A stretch of DNA of 64,000 nt from Octopus vulgaris (GCA_951406725.2 OX597826.1:75144001-75208000); one strand, 5' to 3'; shown: positions 12,828 to 25,480, counted from the first letter of the stretch. Notes: generated from the letters alone by a model not told the origin. Translations and numbers: made by a program.

Positions 12828-14361
12828 TTATTTAATATTTATACACAGATAAATATGTACATATATGCATGAGTGTGTGCTTGTGTGTGCATGTGTGCAT
12901 GTGTGTGTGCATGAGAGTGTGTGTGCATGTATGTGTTTGCACTGAGCCCGCTTGAGCAGCCGTACTGTTGTATTCCAACCAGCGGACACCAGACACACGG
13001 AAGGAAGCTCGGTCGTCCGATATGAAAAGACGTGAAATAAAGGAGCCTTACTTGGGAAGAGAGTAAGGTCCTTCATTATCCTCTATTCTATATCCAGTTG
13101 AAGAACGGAATACAGCTTCAAGAAGTCTCATCTAATCCGAAGGGGATGGACGTAAAAATCAACAGCATCATCAGCCTCATCATCATCATCATCTTCATCT
13201 TCGTTTCCATATGATAAAATTGCTCTATATATAAAAGTACATGTCACTGCATCGATGTCTGTCTCTTGTGTATAAAATATGTATACGCAGGTCTTAAGCG
13301 TGGGTGCAATGTGTCTGTGTGTGTGTGTGTGTGCGTGTGGATGTGTTCATGTGTGTATGTGTGTGCGTGGATGTGTGTGTATGGTGGGTGGGGAGGCGTT
13401 ATGTCTGTAAACATGATTGAATGATCAATAACTGACATCTGGATATTGTCTAAGACGTTATTGGTTCTGGAACAGTGTGTGTCTTGTGTCTGTATGTGTG
13501 TGCGTCCGTGCATGTGTGTGACTGTGTGTGTGTGTGTGTGTGTGTGCGTGCATGTATATACAGACACAGGCACACATACAGATAATAATGTGTGTGTGTG
13601 TGTGTGTATACAGATAATGATATGTGTGTGAGTATATATATACATACATTAAACACACACACACCTAATCATCATCATCGATATATTTATTGTGTGTGTG
13701 TGTGTGTATACAAATAATGATGTGTGTGTGTGTGTGTGTGTATACAAATAATGTTGTGTGTGTGAATATATATATATATATATTACACACACACACCTAA
13801 TATAAGATATATTTATTGTGTGTGTGTGTGTATACAAATAATGATATGTGTGTGTGAGTATATATACACACACACATACACACACCTAAAATGATATATA
13901 TATATATAGTGTGTGTGCATGTGTGTGTGTGTGTGTGTGTGTGTGTTACGGCAGTGTCGATAATTCCTTATTCAACATCCAGATGTCAAATATTGATCAA
14001 ACATCATGTTTAGGGAGATAATGGTCATCACTTCACCATCTTTATGTCTCTATGGCAACCAACCTAATTTACATCCACCTCCCTCCCTCCCCCTCCCGTC
14101 CTTCTTATATTACCACAGGCGTCCTTCCTCTTCCACCACCACCACCCCTACACACATACATGCACTGCTCCAAAAATTGCTGTTGTGTTTGTGAGAGTGT
14201 GTGGGCGGGAGGGAGGGAGGGAGGGGAGGTCATTTATGCTGACTCACTTCAGACAAAGGGGGTGGGGGATATCTGAGACAGTGCCATCGAATGCACCATT
14301 GCTCCATTGGCGGCAGTGGTGGCAGTGGCAGGAGTGGTGGTGGTGGTGGTGGTGATGGTGA

Positions 14362-14410
<49 letters not shown>

Positions 14411-14457
14411 GTCATTGTCATCACCATCATCATCATCATCAGCGTCATCACCATCAC

Positions 14458-14491
<34 letters not shown>

Positions 14492-14504
14492 GTTGTCATG
14501 TGTT

Positions 14505-14742
14505 TCTTATTTCTTTATTGCCCACAAGGGGCTAAACGTAGAGGGGGAAAAACAAGGACAGACAAATGGATTAAGTCGATTACATCGACCCCCAGTGCAT
14601 AACTGGTACTTAGTTTATCAACCCCAAAAGGATGAAAAGCAAAGTCGACCTCTGCGAAATTTGAACTCAGAACATAGCGGCAGATGAAATACAGCTAAGC
14701 ATTTTGCCCGGCGTGCTAACGATTCTGCCAGCTCCCTGCCTT
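14505..14742 (-). mobile_element. tRNA-derived SINE family B (Meta-domain-like core), tail type 1
   Basis: AGCTGGCAGAA A-box, GAGTTCAAATT B-box, core TTTCATCCTTT.GGGGT.GATAAA.TAAGTACCAG; tail ...GCCCCTTGTGGGCAATAAAGAAATAAG. Confidence 0.85.
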
Positions 14743-15895
14743 GGGTTTCTGTGTTTCTGTGCTAGACATCCTGTCCATTGGGTCTATGCTTTACAATTCA
14801 GTCCTTAACCATATTCTAATGAGGACCCAATAAGAATGGATCTTCTTGAATCGTTCAGAACATATATATATATATGTGAAGATGTTCAGTCGGCTTGATA
14901 TAGCAGACCAACATCCCTCAGAAAACACTCTGCTATCCTTTAAAACAGGGACCTTATTAATCTGTAAAGGATCTTCTCTGTAACCGTGCAAGGGGATCAG
15001 TTTTGAAGACATCTGTCTCTCGGTGAAACAACCTGCTACCTTGAAAACTGGAACCATTTGTCATACAAGCATTAGACAGGATTTCTGCAGCTAGGGCATT
15101 AATCATATTCCCATCCACACACACACACACACACACACACATGCACACAGACACACACACATGTACACACACACATGCACACACACACACACACCTGCAC
15201 ATACACATATGCATGCACACACACATGCACACACACATACATGCACACACACACACAAGTGCACATGTGCACACACACACACACGTGTGCATGTGTGCAT
15301 ACACACACATGCACATATACATGCATACACACATACAGGCACACACATACACATGCATGCATCCATGCACACAAACACCAATGAAACACACACACACACA
15401 TGTACATGCACTCACATATATACACACACTAATAATGATTTCAAATTTTGGCACATGACAACCAAGTTCAGGGGACGCGGGTAAGTCAATCACATTGACC
15501 CCAGTGCTCAACTGGTACTTATTTCATTGACCCCAAAAGGATGAAACATAAAGTTGACCTTGGCAGGATTTGAACTCAGAACATAACAACGGATGATATG
15601 CCATTAAGAATTTCACCCAACATGCTAACGACTCTGCCAGATTGTTACATATACTAATGAATTTACACAAACAAAACAGAGTGCTCAATATGGTTTCAAG
15701 ACACACCTCTCAGACGCACAATCAGTGATGTTTCTGGGATTGTAGACAGATCAGGGCCTTTCATCAACATCAGACCTCCTTGACCAGTTAACCCAGTCAG
15801 ACTTGACCAAGTTCCATCTTACATCTTTGCAGCAATAAACCAGGGCCCTACCCTTTTCCTTTAAAGCCAACTATTAGCTTTCTCAGTAGTTCTAC

Positions 15896-16370
15896 ACACC
15901 ACCACTCAGCCACACTTTCAATCAGCCACACAGCCACACCCCACACCACCACTCAGCCACTCAGCCACTCAGCCACACAGCCACACAGCCACTCAGCCAC
16001 TCAGCCACACAGCCACACCACCACACCACCACTCAGCCACTCAGCTACTCAGCCACACAGCCACTCAGCCACTCAGCCACTCAGCCACTCAGCCACACAG
16101 CCACACCACCACACCACCACTCAGCCACTCAGCTACTCAGCCACTCAGTCACTCAGCCACACAGACACTCAGCCACTCAGCCACTCAGCCACACAGCCAC
16201 ACCCCACACCACCACTCAGCCAATCAGCCACTCAGCCACACAGCCACACCACCACACCACCACTCAGCCACTCAGCTACTCAGCCACTCAGCCACTCAGC
16301 CACACAGCCACACCACCACACCACCACTCAGCCACTCAGCTACTCAGCCACTCAGTCACTCAGCCACTCA
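15896..16370. repeat. 8-mer (CAGCCACT/CAGCCACA) minisatellite with higher-order variants
   Basis: Directly visible tandem array. Confidence 0.95.
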
Positions 16371-17149
16371 TGGTCCTGCTTTTTGCAACAACAGTGATTT
16401 CAAACAGTGTTTGAGTTTTCCAGGGTGATAGAGTCACAAAACCCCTCTAAGCCCATTTCAGTTAGCTTGCAGCAAGCCCTTTACTATCTACACTGCTCCA
16501 CTAGTGCCAGATATTTCATTTCGAAGGTAAGAAGACATGTCTAGTTGAGCAGATGTCCGTGATGGGTGAAGCCTTGGCTGCCTTCAATGACGAATAAAGT
16601 GGCTCCATATTTGTCGCTGGTAAATTGAGATCCTATTGGACAAACGAGGTCACATGATGGAAGTTGTTTAAAACTATTGTATAAATCACCACAAGGCATT
16701 GTAGACATTGAAGGCACTATAAGGATATAGGAACTGCTACTTGAAACTGAGCGAAAACAAATGTTTGTCTGTGACAGCAATCAGAGAACACTTCAGATTT
16801 CTGTTGACAAATATAACAGGAGACTTCATAATCTGCCATTTTTCAAATAGGTAAAGCCTGAAATTACATCCTCCACTGGAGTATAGCCCAATGACAGTGT
16901 TTCAAGTTTATGCTTCCAAATGTAGCAGGACAGGAAAGTATCGTTTACTCCATCTGTGGACATAAATGAGTTCAGATCTTGGTTATATTATCCTTTGAAC
17001 TTGTTAGTAGCAAGCCCCCCATATAACTCCCTTGGATACCAGCTGATGGTGAGAGTGTAGCTATATATATATATATATATACTACAGTCTTGGAAAGGCA
17101 AAAATCCTTTCAGAATACATGACTAAAATTTAGTAATTTTGGATGGTCT

Positions 17150-18480
17150 CTGGGATGGAAGCTATGTAGATTTTTAATTGCAATGTGTAATGTGGGAAGT
17201 AATGTCACCTGGGTAAGAATATGTAACTTAAAATTGTGTGCATTCACAAGTCTGTGATATTATGTTGGTTGGAAAGTGATGCCTTACAAGTATTAAAAAG
17301 TTCCTTTGTGGTGACATCTAAATTATGGAATGGATTAAACCAGATTACTTTCCAACTCAGAGTACTTCCTGGATGAGTGGGGGATTTTCATCCCACAAAG
17401 CCACTCCTAGATAAGACCTTGGTATAGTAGAAGACTACTCTGTTTAGAATGTCACTATCAGAGGATAAGCATGGAGCCTCTCCCTGTTATCCTAGCAATT
17501 AGGTTTTGAAATATAGACAAGTGGGGTATTTGAAGTTTTATGGGTATATATTTATAGGCTTCATACACAGGTGGTTACTCTTTTACTCTTTTACTTGTTT
17601 CAGTCATTTGACTGCGGCCATGCTGGAGCACCGCCTTTAATTGAGCAACTCGACCCCAGGACTTATTCTTTGAAAGCCCAGTACTTATTCTATCAGTCTC
17701 TTTTGCCAAACTGCTAAGTGACGGGGACATAAACACACCAGCATCGGTTGTCAAGCAATGCTAGGGGGGACAAACACAGACACACAAACATACACGCACA
17801 CACACACACATATATATATATATACATATATACGACGGGCTTCTTTCAGTTTCCGTCTACCAAATCCACTCACAAGGCTTTGGTCAGCCCGAGGCTATAG
17901 TGGAAGACACTTGCCCAAGGTGCCACGCAGTGGGACTGAACCCAGAACCGTGTGGTTGGTAAGCAAGCTACTTACCACACAGCCACTCCTGTGCCTGAGG
18001 AGTTCTTTACTATTTCAGTGTAAAATCCAGAAAATTTGCTATTGTTAGCCCAGAAGAGATAATTCTATTTAAGCTGAACTTTTTGAATATCCTTATCTAA
18101 ATTCCTTTGTAAACCTATCTGTTGTGAGGCTATTCATATTGTAGGGGATTGCTAAACCATCATCTCTGTACAAACCGGAAATGTTCTGAAAGGCTCACTT
18201 CCTGGGGGAGTGAAGGATAAAGAACCCTTTGAAGTCAACCATCATAGTCCAATTAAAGCTTCCCATGGATACATTGGGCTGCTTATTGCCCTCCTTTTTG
18301 ATCCGATTCAAATGGACAGGATATAACAATGGCTTCGCAGCATTCGTTATTATTCTGATACAAAGGTTGTAGGTTATAGCAAATGGTTTCCTAAAATTTG
18401 AGATTTTTGTAAAAAGACATTTCAAAAAGAATGGATAAAAATCCACAATGATATTAAATAAACCAGAACAATTCACTTGA
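17150..18480 (-). pseudogene. Decayed Penelope-like reverse transcriptase, split by a SINE
   Basis: Minus-strand translation gives VSMGSF (~18260), SGLYRDDGLAI (~18148-18180) and IWFNP (~17331-17345); many stops and frameshifts. Confidence 0.7.
17576..17996 (-). mobile_element. SINE family A full length, inserted in the Penelope remnant
   Basis: Head, core and tail present. Confidence 0.9.
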
Positions 18481-18486
18481 GTATAT

Positions 18487-18981
18487 CTTTTATGTTTTAC
18501 TTGTTTCAGTCATTAGGCTGTGGCCATGCTGGAGTATCGCCTTGAAAAATTTAGTCGAACAAATCAACCCCACTGCTTATTTTTTTTTTAAGCTTAGTAC
18601 TTGTTCTATTGGTCTCTTTTTGCCAAACTGCAAAGTTACTCGGATGTAAACACACCAACACCGGTTGTCAAACAGTGTGGGGGACAAGAACAGACACAAA
18701 GATATACACGAGCACACACATGCACACACACACATGCGCACATGCGCAGACACACACATGCACATATGCGCACACACATATGTATATGTGTGTGTGTGTA
18801 TATATATAAATATATATATGATGAGCTTCCTTCAGTTTCCGCCTACCAAATCCACCCACAAGGCTTTGGTTGGCCCGAGACCATAGTAGAAGACACTTGC
18901 CCAAGGTGTCTCGCAGTGAGACTGAACCCAGAACCATGTGGTTGGGAAGCAAGCTTTTTACCTCACAGCCACGCCTGCGCC
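18487..18981 (-). mobile_element. SINE family A, older subfamily
   Basis: Head, core and tail present with more substitutions. Confidence 0.85.
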
Positions 18982-19287
18982 TATACATATTTTACATATG
19001 TGTGTAAGTATGTGCATGTACTTGAGTTTACAATCAGAAGAGAAACGAACTCAATACAGAAGTAAAGTGTAAATATTTATTTGTGTGTTGAGATGAATCT
19101 CAGCAGACAAATGGATATATAATTGACTGACTGAGAGACTGGTGATGTATGGGTGAGACATTTTTAGTTGTGAGAGGAGAGATTAGTAGAGGGAGCAGGG
19201 AGAGAACAATGACAAGGAGCAGAAAGAAGAATGGTGATGTGAGAGGGAAGTTGGTATTAGATAGATGGAGAGAGATATATACATAAG

Positions 19288-19503
19288 ACGGCGAGCTGGC
19301 AGAAACGCTAGTGTGCTGGGCGAAATGCTTAACGGTATTTCACCTGTCGCTACGTTCTGAGTTCAAATTCCACCGAGGTTGACTTTGCCTTTCATCCTTT
19401 CGGGGTCGATAAATTAAGTACCAGTTGTGTACTGAGGTTGATCTAATCAACTGGCCCCCCCCTCTCCCAAAATTTCGGGCCTTGTGCCTAGAGTAGACAA
19501 GAA
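19288..19503 (+). mobile_element. SINE family B, tail type 2
   Basis: Same head and core; tail CCCAAAATTTCGGGCCTTGTGCCTAGAGTAG. Further copies: 15436-15641(-), 24853-25070(-), 32405-32612(+), 37575-37700(-), 49115-49325(-). Confidence 0.85.
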
Positions 19504-20324
19504 GAGAGATAGTGGTAGAGAGAAGAGGGATAGTGATAATGAGGGAAGAGGGACTGTGAGAGGGTGAGAGGGAGGCAGAAGTAGAGAGTAAGATGTGGAG
19601 AGATGGAGGTAAATAAGGGGGAGACACTGATAGACAGGCAGGGGAGAGGCAGTGGTGGATGATGAGGGATACAAGGTTAGAAGGAATGAAGGAGAGATTG
19701 GGGTAGAGAGAGAGAGAAAGGACTAGAAGGCTAGAGAGAAAGAAGAGCAGAGAGCGGTAGATAAAGAGAGATGGATACAAGCTTAGAGAGAAAGGAGGAG
19801 AGGTGGAGGGTAGGGAAAAAAGAGGGAATGGTAGTGGTAAAGAGAGGGAGAGGGAGAGGTAAGAGGGGGAAAGAGAAAGAAAGAGAGGTGAGGGGTTAAA
19901 CGCTTGGTGAACAAACAAAAAGATAAAACATACAAATAAAGAAACCCACCCCCACACCCCCTGTGTGGGGGTGGTGAAGTGGGGTGGGAAGTTGCAAAAG
20001 TAAATGTGTTTTTCTCCTGAAAAGGTATTCATTGTTTATTTTAAGGTTCGACTGTCAGACATTGATATTAATTATATTAAGAGGATTAGATGAGAGTAAT
20101 TAGCATTAGCTAATCCTCTCACCTGTAGCTCACCTGTAGCTCTTCTGAGTCAGACAAACGTCTTATTAATGGAATTTTCAGGGGTAAGTTTATCTTACAG
20201 CTCCCTTGAACTCTGTGTGTGTCATATAAATAACTACAGGCTATATATACATACATACATACATGTATGTATGTATGTATGTATGTATGTATGTATGTAT
20301 GTATGTAGATGTATATATATATAT

Positions 20325-20529
20325 AAAGTTAATCCAAACAAGAAAACACAAAAAAAACACAACAACGCAAGGACGTGGAACAAATAAAGTATTATTGGAT
20401 GCTCAGGAAAGAAGGGAAGAAGGAGGGTTTAACGTTTCGAGCGGAGCTCTTCATCGGAAACATAGGAGAAGGAAAGATCCCGAGAAGGGAAGACAGAGGA
20501 AAAAAATCGCCAGCGGTACTCACGAGGTC
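20325..20529 (-). mobile_element. Family D copy 2 (HHR core variant CCGATGA)
   Basis: Reverse complement of the family D sequence; HHR at 20427-20461. Confidence 0.8.
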
Positions 20530-20561
<32 letters not shown>

Positions 20562-20943
20562 CATCATCATCATCATCATCGTTTAACGTCCGTTCTCCAT
20601 GCTAGCATGGGTTGGACGGTTCGACCGGGGATCTGGGAAGCCAGAAGGCTGCACCAGGCTCCAGTCTTATCTGGTAGTGTTTCTACAGCTGGATGCCCTT
20701 CCTAACGCCAACCACTCCGTGAGTGTATATATATATAGGAGAGTATTGTAGTTTGCTTGAAGCACTGTGTATTGTTTTTAAAGAATAAAAAGTTTTGAAT
20801 GGTACAACAATGCACTATAATATTTTAAAAAATGGACTATATACCTGTTGTAATTTAGTTATCCGTATTCCGATGATATTTCGGAATACAATTCCTTCTT
20901 CAGATATTCTTACGTTAAGTCACTGCTCACCAATAATTGGTGG

Positions 20944-21490
20944 ACTCAGCCACTCAGCCACACAGCCACTTGGCCATTCAGCCACTCAGCCACACACCCA
21001 CAAAACCACACAACCACACAGCCACTCAGCCACTCGGCCACTCAGCCACTCAGCCACACAGTCACTCAGCCACACAGCTACTCATCCACACAGCCACTCA
21101 GCCACTCAGTCACACAGCCACTCAGTCACTCAGCCACTCAGCCACACAGCCACTCAGTGACTCAGCTACTCAGCCACTCAGTCACACAGCCACTCAGCCA
21201 CTCAGTCACTCAGCCACTCAGTGACTCAGCCACTCAGCCACTCAGCCACTCAGTCACTCAGCTACACAGCCACTCAGTCACTCAGCTACTCAGCCACTCA
21301 GTCACTCAACCACACAGCCACTCAGTCACTCAACCACTCAGCCACTCAGTCACTCAGCCACTCAGCCACTCAGCCACACAGCCACTCAGCCACACAGCCA
21401 CACCACCACTCAGCCACACAGCCACTCAGCCACACAGCTACTCAGCCACTCAACCACTCAGCCACTCAGCCACACAGCCACACCTGCACC
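20944..21490. repeat. 8-mer (CAGCCACT) minisatellite ending in the SINE A head
   Basis: Directly visible; right end CCACACAGCCACACCTGCACC. Confidence 0.95.
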
Positions 21491-21821
21491 AAAAGTATAT
21501 TTTAATTAAGTAAAACCAAGAAAGATATTTCTTAGCCTTGAATAATATGCCAATTGCTTTTGACTTTTTAAAGACATTATGATATTTCGGTATTTCAGAT
21601 ATTGAGGAAGAGAATTAGAAAAGTTACCGGACTGTTTGGCAGAGAGCTTTGTGGTATTTATTCTGGCTCTCTACCCAAATGCTGCAAAGGTCAACATTTA
21701 CTTTCATTCTTTCTCAGTCTATAAAACAAAATGTTAGTCAAAGATGGTGGATTGATAATATTATTGGAACAACACAGGAGATACTTTCTGGTATTTATCT
21801 TAATTCTTTGTGTTCTGACAA

Positions 21822-21852
<31 letters not shown>

Positions 21853-22219
21853 TATGACAACACTAGTGCCAAGTTGTATGAGCCCTGTCTTTTTCTTTCT
21901 TTTTTCAGTGGTTTGGAGAAAGCGGGAGCACAGCCAATCCAGCTAATCCAGCCATCTGTGATCCAACAGTCACAAGAGACACAGAGATAGGAGGGAGGAT
22001 ATGGCTAGTCAGAGTTATACCAGTAATTCTTTGGTCCTTATTTTACAAATCATGGCAGATTAAAGACTAAAGTTAACTGCAATGGAATTTGAACTCAGGA
22101 TGTGGATCAGTGGATCCCAAAAGGGGTCTAAATGGCTCTTAGGAGGCCATGTAAGATTTTGTTGCTAACATTTATTTTCAATAAATTGTTTATATTTCTA
22201 TAATACAAAAAATATTTTA

Positions 22220-22692
22220 CCCTTTCGTTACTGTATTTATTTTGAGATGCTCTGTGTTTCTTTCAATTAATTTTAAATATAACTAAGAATTTAGTAAAAT
22301 AACTTAGTTATCATTAAGATAGTGTTAGGAACATAAATTGTGACTAAAATTTGGTGGAAGATTTTAATTCAAAACTTAAGAAAACAAGACATTTCTATTA
22401 CAGAGCCAGAGGCAGTTTCAGCTGGGTTGGTATCAAAAGGGTTAAGAATGGTTTCTCTAGTATATATTTTAACTCTTTTGTTACCATATTTCTGTTGAGA
22501 TGCTCTGTGTTTCTTTCAATTACTTAAAATATAACAAAGAATTTAGTAAAATAACTCTGTTATCATTAAGCTAGTGTTAGGAACATAAATTGTGACTAAG
22601 TTTTGGTGGAAGATTTTAATTCAAAACTTATGAAAACAAGACATTTGTACTCAGAGCCAGAGTTGGTTTCAGCCAGGTTGGTAACAAAAGGG
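22220..22692. mobile_element. Two tandem copies of a ~220-bp piggyBac-type MITE (22220-22441, 22473-22692)
   Basis: Both end GGT.(T/A)CAAAAGGG-TTAA with matching CCCTTT/CTCTTT left ends; second copy is TTAA-flanked on both sides. Confidence 0.75.
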
Positions 22693-23077
22693 TTAAACAA
22701 TTTTTTTGCCATTCAATCCCTAATAATATTTAATTCTGCAAATAAAATAGGACTTTTTAAGCATTGAATAGCAGTGGGGGAATCTATTTGAGTCATGTAA
22801 GAATTGAAGGGGGTCCATGTGCAAAATATGACTGAACAACCCTGATGTAAAGGAATGAAATAAAATGCCTGAAGGCATTGAGGTATTTTATACCATCACT
22901 CTATTAAATCTGTCTCTTTTACTCTCATTTTATCTATCACTCAACTGAATCAGTCATCTATCACCTTAACTAATTCAGATGAATACCCTTTGACAGTTAC
23001 ATACCATATCTTGGACATATTCCTTTGCTGGCATCAACATATTGAAGCTTCAATGTCTTGTAGGTGACTGTCTAGAC

Positions 23078-23183
23078 ACCCACAAGATTATTCACCACAA
23101 GATTATCCACAAGATTATCTACCACAAGATTATCTACCACAAGATTATCTACCACAAGATTATCTACCACAAGATTATCCACC
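23078..23183. repeat. 15-bp tandem repeat CCACAAGATTATCTA, about 7 units
   Basis: Directly visible. Confidence 0.9.
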
Positions 23184-23189
23184 ACCACT

Positions 23190-23658
23190 GATTTTGGTCA
23201 CCTTTTTTAATTCAATACCTTCACCACTAGTGGAAAGGCTTATAAAATCAAATAACAGAACAGTACCCCCATGGCTTTCAGAAATATTTTTTTTTGCTCA
23301 GAATTTTTAATGCATGGAATAAACTACCGCTGTCCATTGTTAACTTTCGAGACACTGTATTCTTCAAAAGTTATCAATCACCTCACCAACAACAACACTG
23401 AACATCTTTTTGATCTCCATGTGTCTAACACACGTGGACATGCCTACAAAGTCAGAAAACAACACAGCTCCCATGACTTTCAGAAACATTTTTTCACGCT
23501 CAGAGTTGCTGAAGCATGGAATAAACTGCCTGCGTCAGTTGTTGACTGCCATGACACTGCATCCTTTAAGGCCCTCATGCTTTCCGAAATCCGCCGAAAC
23601 TACACCTGATTATATATACACTTTAGATGAGTTGTAGTGCACCTGAGCACTGTACACA

Positions 23659-23710
<52 letters not shown>
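23190..23710 (+). mobile_element. CR1-clade LINE 3' end with (ATT)n tail
   Basis: NTRGHAYKVRKQHSSHDFQKHFFTLRVAEAWNKLP...SFK; tail GTGCACCTGAGCACT. Tail-only copies at 4372-4527(+) and 60203-60362(-). Confidence 0.85.
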
Positions 23711-23798
23711 TTCATTACATCTTCGTTTCCCTTGCACATTATTGTATCATAATCTTCGGTTCACACAGTTTCATTACATAAATAGCAACACTGTAATA

Positions 23799-24313
23799 TT
23801 GGGTTGTCCGGAAAGTTCGTGCCGATTTATAGTAGCTTACCTTTTGACTTATTTTAGAACATGGTTGAGTCCATAAAATAGGATTTCACTACACCTTCAT
23901 TTTGAGCACAGTTTAAGCAATCTTTTCATGGAAGAAGGTTTATGTTCCTATAACCTGTGTTAATTTTGTAACCCTTTAAAACGGAAGATAAGAAAGTTCA
24001 TTTTCAGCACTTGATGCTATGGGAACCAGACAAAAATTGCTGCAGCTCGGATTTCCACTTATTCAGGTCTCTGCAGAATAGTCTTAATGGTAAAAATTTC
24101 AATTCTTGGATGACGTAAAAAGATACCTTGATGAATTCTTTGCCATGAAGCCCCCTCAGTTCTGGGAAGAGGGTATTTTCAAGTTAAAGGAAAGATGGTG
24201 ACGCATTGTGCAACAAAATGGTTTATATTTGGTTGATTAAAAATGTAATGGCAAGTATTTATTGACCTTTTTCTTTCCTTTGAAAATCGGCAAGAACTTT
24301 CCAGACAACCCAA
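23799..24313 (+). mobile_element. Internally deleted mariner (mellifera-like)
   Basis: TA-flanked ~30-bp TIRs TTGGGTTGTCCGGAAAGTTCGTGCCGATTT; DFHLFRSLQNSLNGK...FWEEGIFKLKERW. Confidence 0.88.
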
Positions 24314-24329
24314 TATAAACTAACTAACT

Positions 24330-24615
24330 GGTGCTCCATCGGTTACAACGATGTGGGTTCAAGTTGATCTGATCAACAGAACAACCTGCTCACGAAATTA
24401 ATGTGTAAGTGGCTGAGTATTCCGCAGACACACGTTCCCTTAATGTAGTTCTCCGAGAGGTTCAGCATGGTACAGAATGGGAAAAGGCTGCCCCTACCTT
24501 TGAATTACAAGTACAACTGATTTTTGCCAGGTGAGTAAAGTGTCTTGCTCAAGGACACAATGCAACCTTATGATTATGAGTCGAATACCCTGATCACTAA
24601 ACCACGCACCTTCAC
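24330..24615 (-). mobile_element. tRNA-derived SINE with CORE-like TGTGTCCTTGAGCAAGACACTT segment
   Basis: Related heads at 39138-39420(+), 48790-49060(-), 49917-50010(+), 55140-55275(-). Confidence 0.65.
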
Positions 24616-25442
24616 ACTGTAATATAACCTCTCGTTAAAACAAGGATAAAGACAGATCCACGTGGGAGCCTTTATTGTGTTGTGCAGGTGAGAAGGAGCC
24701 CCTGTGCAGCCATTCAATCTACTAAGTGGGATGTCTTTGGTCATAAGTCTGCTGGTTCATGGGGCCAAGTTAGGACTTACCAGCAACAACAACAACAACA
24801 ATGATTCTAACTATAATACTAATACTAATACTATAAGTGGGTGTAGAAAATATTGGTTTCAAATTTTGGCACAAGGCCCGCAATTTCAAGGTATGGGTAA
24901 AATGAATTGCATCAACCCCAGTAGTCAACTGGTACTTATTTTATAGACCTCTAAAGGAGGAAAGTCAAAGTCGCCCTCAGTGGAATTTGAACTCAGAATG
25001 TAAAGACAGATAAAATGCGACTTAGTATTTTGCCAGGTGTCCTAATGGTTCTGCCAGCTCGCTTGCCCTTAAGTTAACCTGGGTGACCTTTGAATGAGTC
25101 TGAAGAATTTCCACCAAGCATTTTGCCCAACGTGCTAACGAGGCTGCCAGCTTCTTCCCCACCCACCTGGGTGGGGAAAATATTAGCAATTCATTAGGGA
25201 AAGCCTCTCCACCGTTAAAAAGGGAGACAGACAGCTTTGGGAACATTCTTTATGGGAGTCTGCGTTTAGTAACTATGGCAACAATCCTGGCGAAATATCA
25301 GAAGGGGGAGAGGAGGGGGTGGTCGGACAATGGAGACGTTTTGCTGATGTAAGCAGAATAGATGACTACATCACTGGCTACGGACGTGTGACGTGAGTGG
25401 ATAAATAGATGCTGGGGGAAGATGCAGTGAAGATATGTCACG

Positions 25443-25480
<38 letters not shown>

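Noticed and set aside
13110-13210. Minus-strand ORF METKMKMMMMRLMMLLIF... as a signal peptide or neuropeptide
   Set aside because: It stops after 29 codons and is driven by a (GAT)n tract.
16370-17040. Possible LINE endonuclease remnant; similar unassigned decayed tracts at 87-330, 4730-5050, 9060-9370, 14800-15090
   Set aside because: They look like old retroelement debris, but I could not recover diagnostic motifs with confidence.
15896-21490. Tandem arrays as CRISPR or telomeric repeats
   Set aside because: No unique spacers, eukaryotic context, and the unit is not TTAGGG-like.
20795-21513. HSATQPLS-repeat ORFs as a repetitive protein
   Set aside because: The 8-bp unit gives the same peptide in all frames, which indicates a satellite rather than coding sequence.
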